The translations under genes were made by a program, and so were the position numbers. Below, piece by piece: positions 54,937 to 56,064 of a DNA stretch of 56,064 nt. The notes beneath the pieces are model-generated. The model had not been told where the DNA came from. It did not search any database and worked only from the letters and a program-made list of their open reading frames with translations. Numbering within the stretch: position 1 is the stretch's first letter; every line of letters starts with the position of its first letter. The stretch is from positions 1 through 56,064 of IMG/VR virus record IMGVR_UViG_3300025106_000003, one strand, 5' to 3'. This DNA is from a virus (Duplodnaviria > Caudoviricetes).

Positions 54937-56064
54937 ATGAACATAACACACATCGAACAATCAGTAGTATCTGGCGGAATAGGCGGAATGCAAGTCGCTG
55001 GAACCGTCGAATCACAATTCTCCCCAAGCAATATGTCGGCATTCGGCACACTTGAGGCGAGCGAACTAACCCCTGTAATCCAAGGTGACTGGGTATATGG
55101 AATCAATACGCAGATCTGGAACACTCCAGTTGTGTCTGGTACAGGCGCGGCGGTTGACTCTAATCTTTCTAGATTGAGGATACAGTCGGGTACAGGCGCG
55201 GCCAACTATGCTTATATCACCAGTAAAAAGATCGTAAGATATCGTGCGGGACAAGGTATCGTGATTCGTCTAACTCCCCTATTCAGCGTAGGTGCTGCCA
55301 ACAGTGTGCAGATGTGGGGCGCGGGAGCTATTGCGGCGCACGCACCGCAGGATGGATATTTCTTCGGATATAACGGAACCGCTCTGGGCATTTTCCACTA
55401 CAACCACGGCTCTCCTACATGGATTCCTCAATCATCTTGGAACGGAGACAAGGTTGATGGTAGTGCTGGAACCGCTTTCAACTGGAACCCTACTTTCGGA
55501 ACCCCAGCCATGATCAAGTATCCATATTTAGGGTATGGCGACATTGAGTTTTTCCTACAGAATCCAGCAACTGGCCGCTGGGTACTAGTTCACGTTATTC
55601 AGTATGCCAATACTACGCCTCTTGTTCAGTTGGGAAATCCATCCCTCCAGATCGTAGGCTATACAGCAAACAGCGGGAACACAACCAACCTCACTATGTA
55701 TTCTGGCTCGGTCGGCGCATTCATCTCTGGCATGCGCTCATTTGCGGGAAATCCTAAGTGGGCCGCTGACTCTTCAAACAACGCGCCCGGCGCGCCCCTT
55801 ATCGTCAAGGGTCTTATCCAAGGATCAGAAACGTGCATGCTTAATCTTCGTAACTGTACAACATACAACGGTCTACCTAACCGTGGGGCCTTAAGGCTAA
55901 ACTCCTTATCTTTCGGAAACTCGTCTAACTCTAACGTTTTGGTTAGATTAGCAATAGGCTCCACATTCAACGGCACACCTGTTTTCACCCCGATCAGCGG
56001 CTCAACAGCAGACAATGGAGTCACAATAACTAATGGAAATAGTATCTCTTCTGTAGATGTGGCC
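54937..56064 (+). CDS. putative virion structural protein, runs off window end
   Basis: Open frame from ATG 54937 (MNITHIEQ...SAFG...RYRAGQG...); absent from ORF track because it has no stop in the window. Confidence 0.65.
   Translation, partial: MNITHIEQSVVSGGIGGMQVAGTVESQFSPSNMSAFGTLEASELTPVIQGDWVYGINTQIWNTPVVSGTGAAVDSNLSRLRIQSGTGAANYAYITSKKIVRYRAGQGIVIRLTPLFSVGAANSVQMWGAGAIAAHAPQDGYFFGYNGTALGIFHYNHGSPTWIPQSSWNGDKVDGSAGTAFNWNPTFGTPAMIKYPYLGYGDIEFFLQNPATGRWVLVHVIQYANTTPLVQLGNPSLQIVGYTANSGNTTNLTMYSGSVGAFISGMRSFAGNPKWAADSSNNAPGAPLIVKGLIQGSETCMLNLRNCTTYNGLPNRGALRLNSLSFGNSSNSNVLVRLAIGSTFNGTPVFTPISGSTADNGVTITNGNSISSVDVA

Noticed and set aside
1-56064. Reverse transcriptase, retron, DGR, integrase or rRNA
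   Set aside because: No matching motifs seen in any ORF or spacer.

Overview
56 kb segment of a large dsDNA tailed-phage genome read in the standard genetic code. A PEP-CTERM-type cargo gene tentatively points to a Verrucomicrobiota/PVC host. Layout: virion-like genes (1-3 kb); ssDNA-binding/annealing and glycosyltransferase genes, with a T4 beta-glucosyltransferase-like gene, dNMP kinase and a phage sigma factor (3-17 kb); nucleotide metabolism and replication (17-35.5 kb: class II RNR, dCMP deaminase, intein-containing Gmd, RecA, DnaB, primase, and a DnaE polymerase broken into four genes whose two catalytic parts carry a naturally split intein around a free-standing endonuclease); a ~14 kb RNA island (36.3-50.5 kb) with about 40 tRNAs, a tmRNA, antisense homing endonucleases and many unexplained structured RNAs; then a tail-fibre module. 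The most unusual signal is the RNA island. It holds a tRNA nested in another tRNA's anticodon loop, tRNA bodies with the anticodon arm on a long stalk, D-armless and T-armless tRNAs, swapped variable-arm classes, and a candidate translation-sensing attenuator upstream. All calls come from reading the sequence by eye; no database search or folding program was run.
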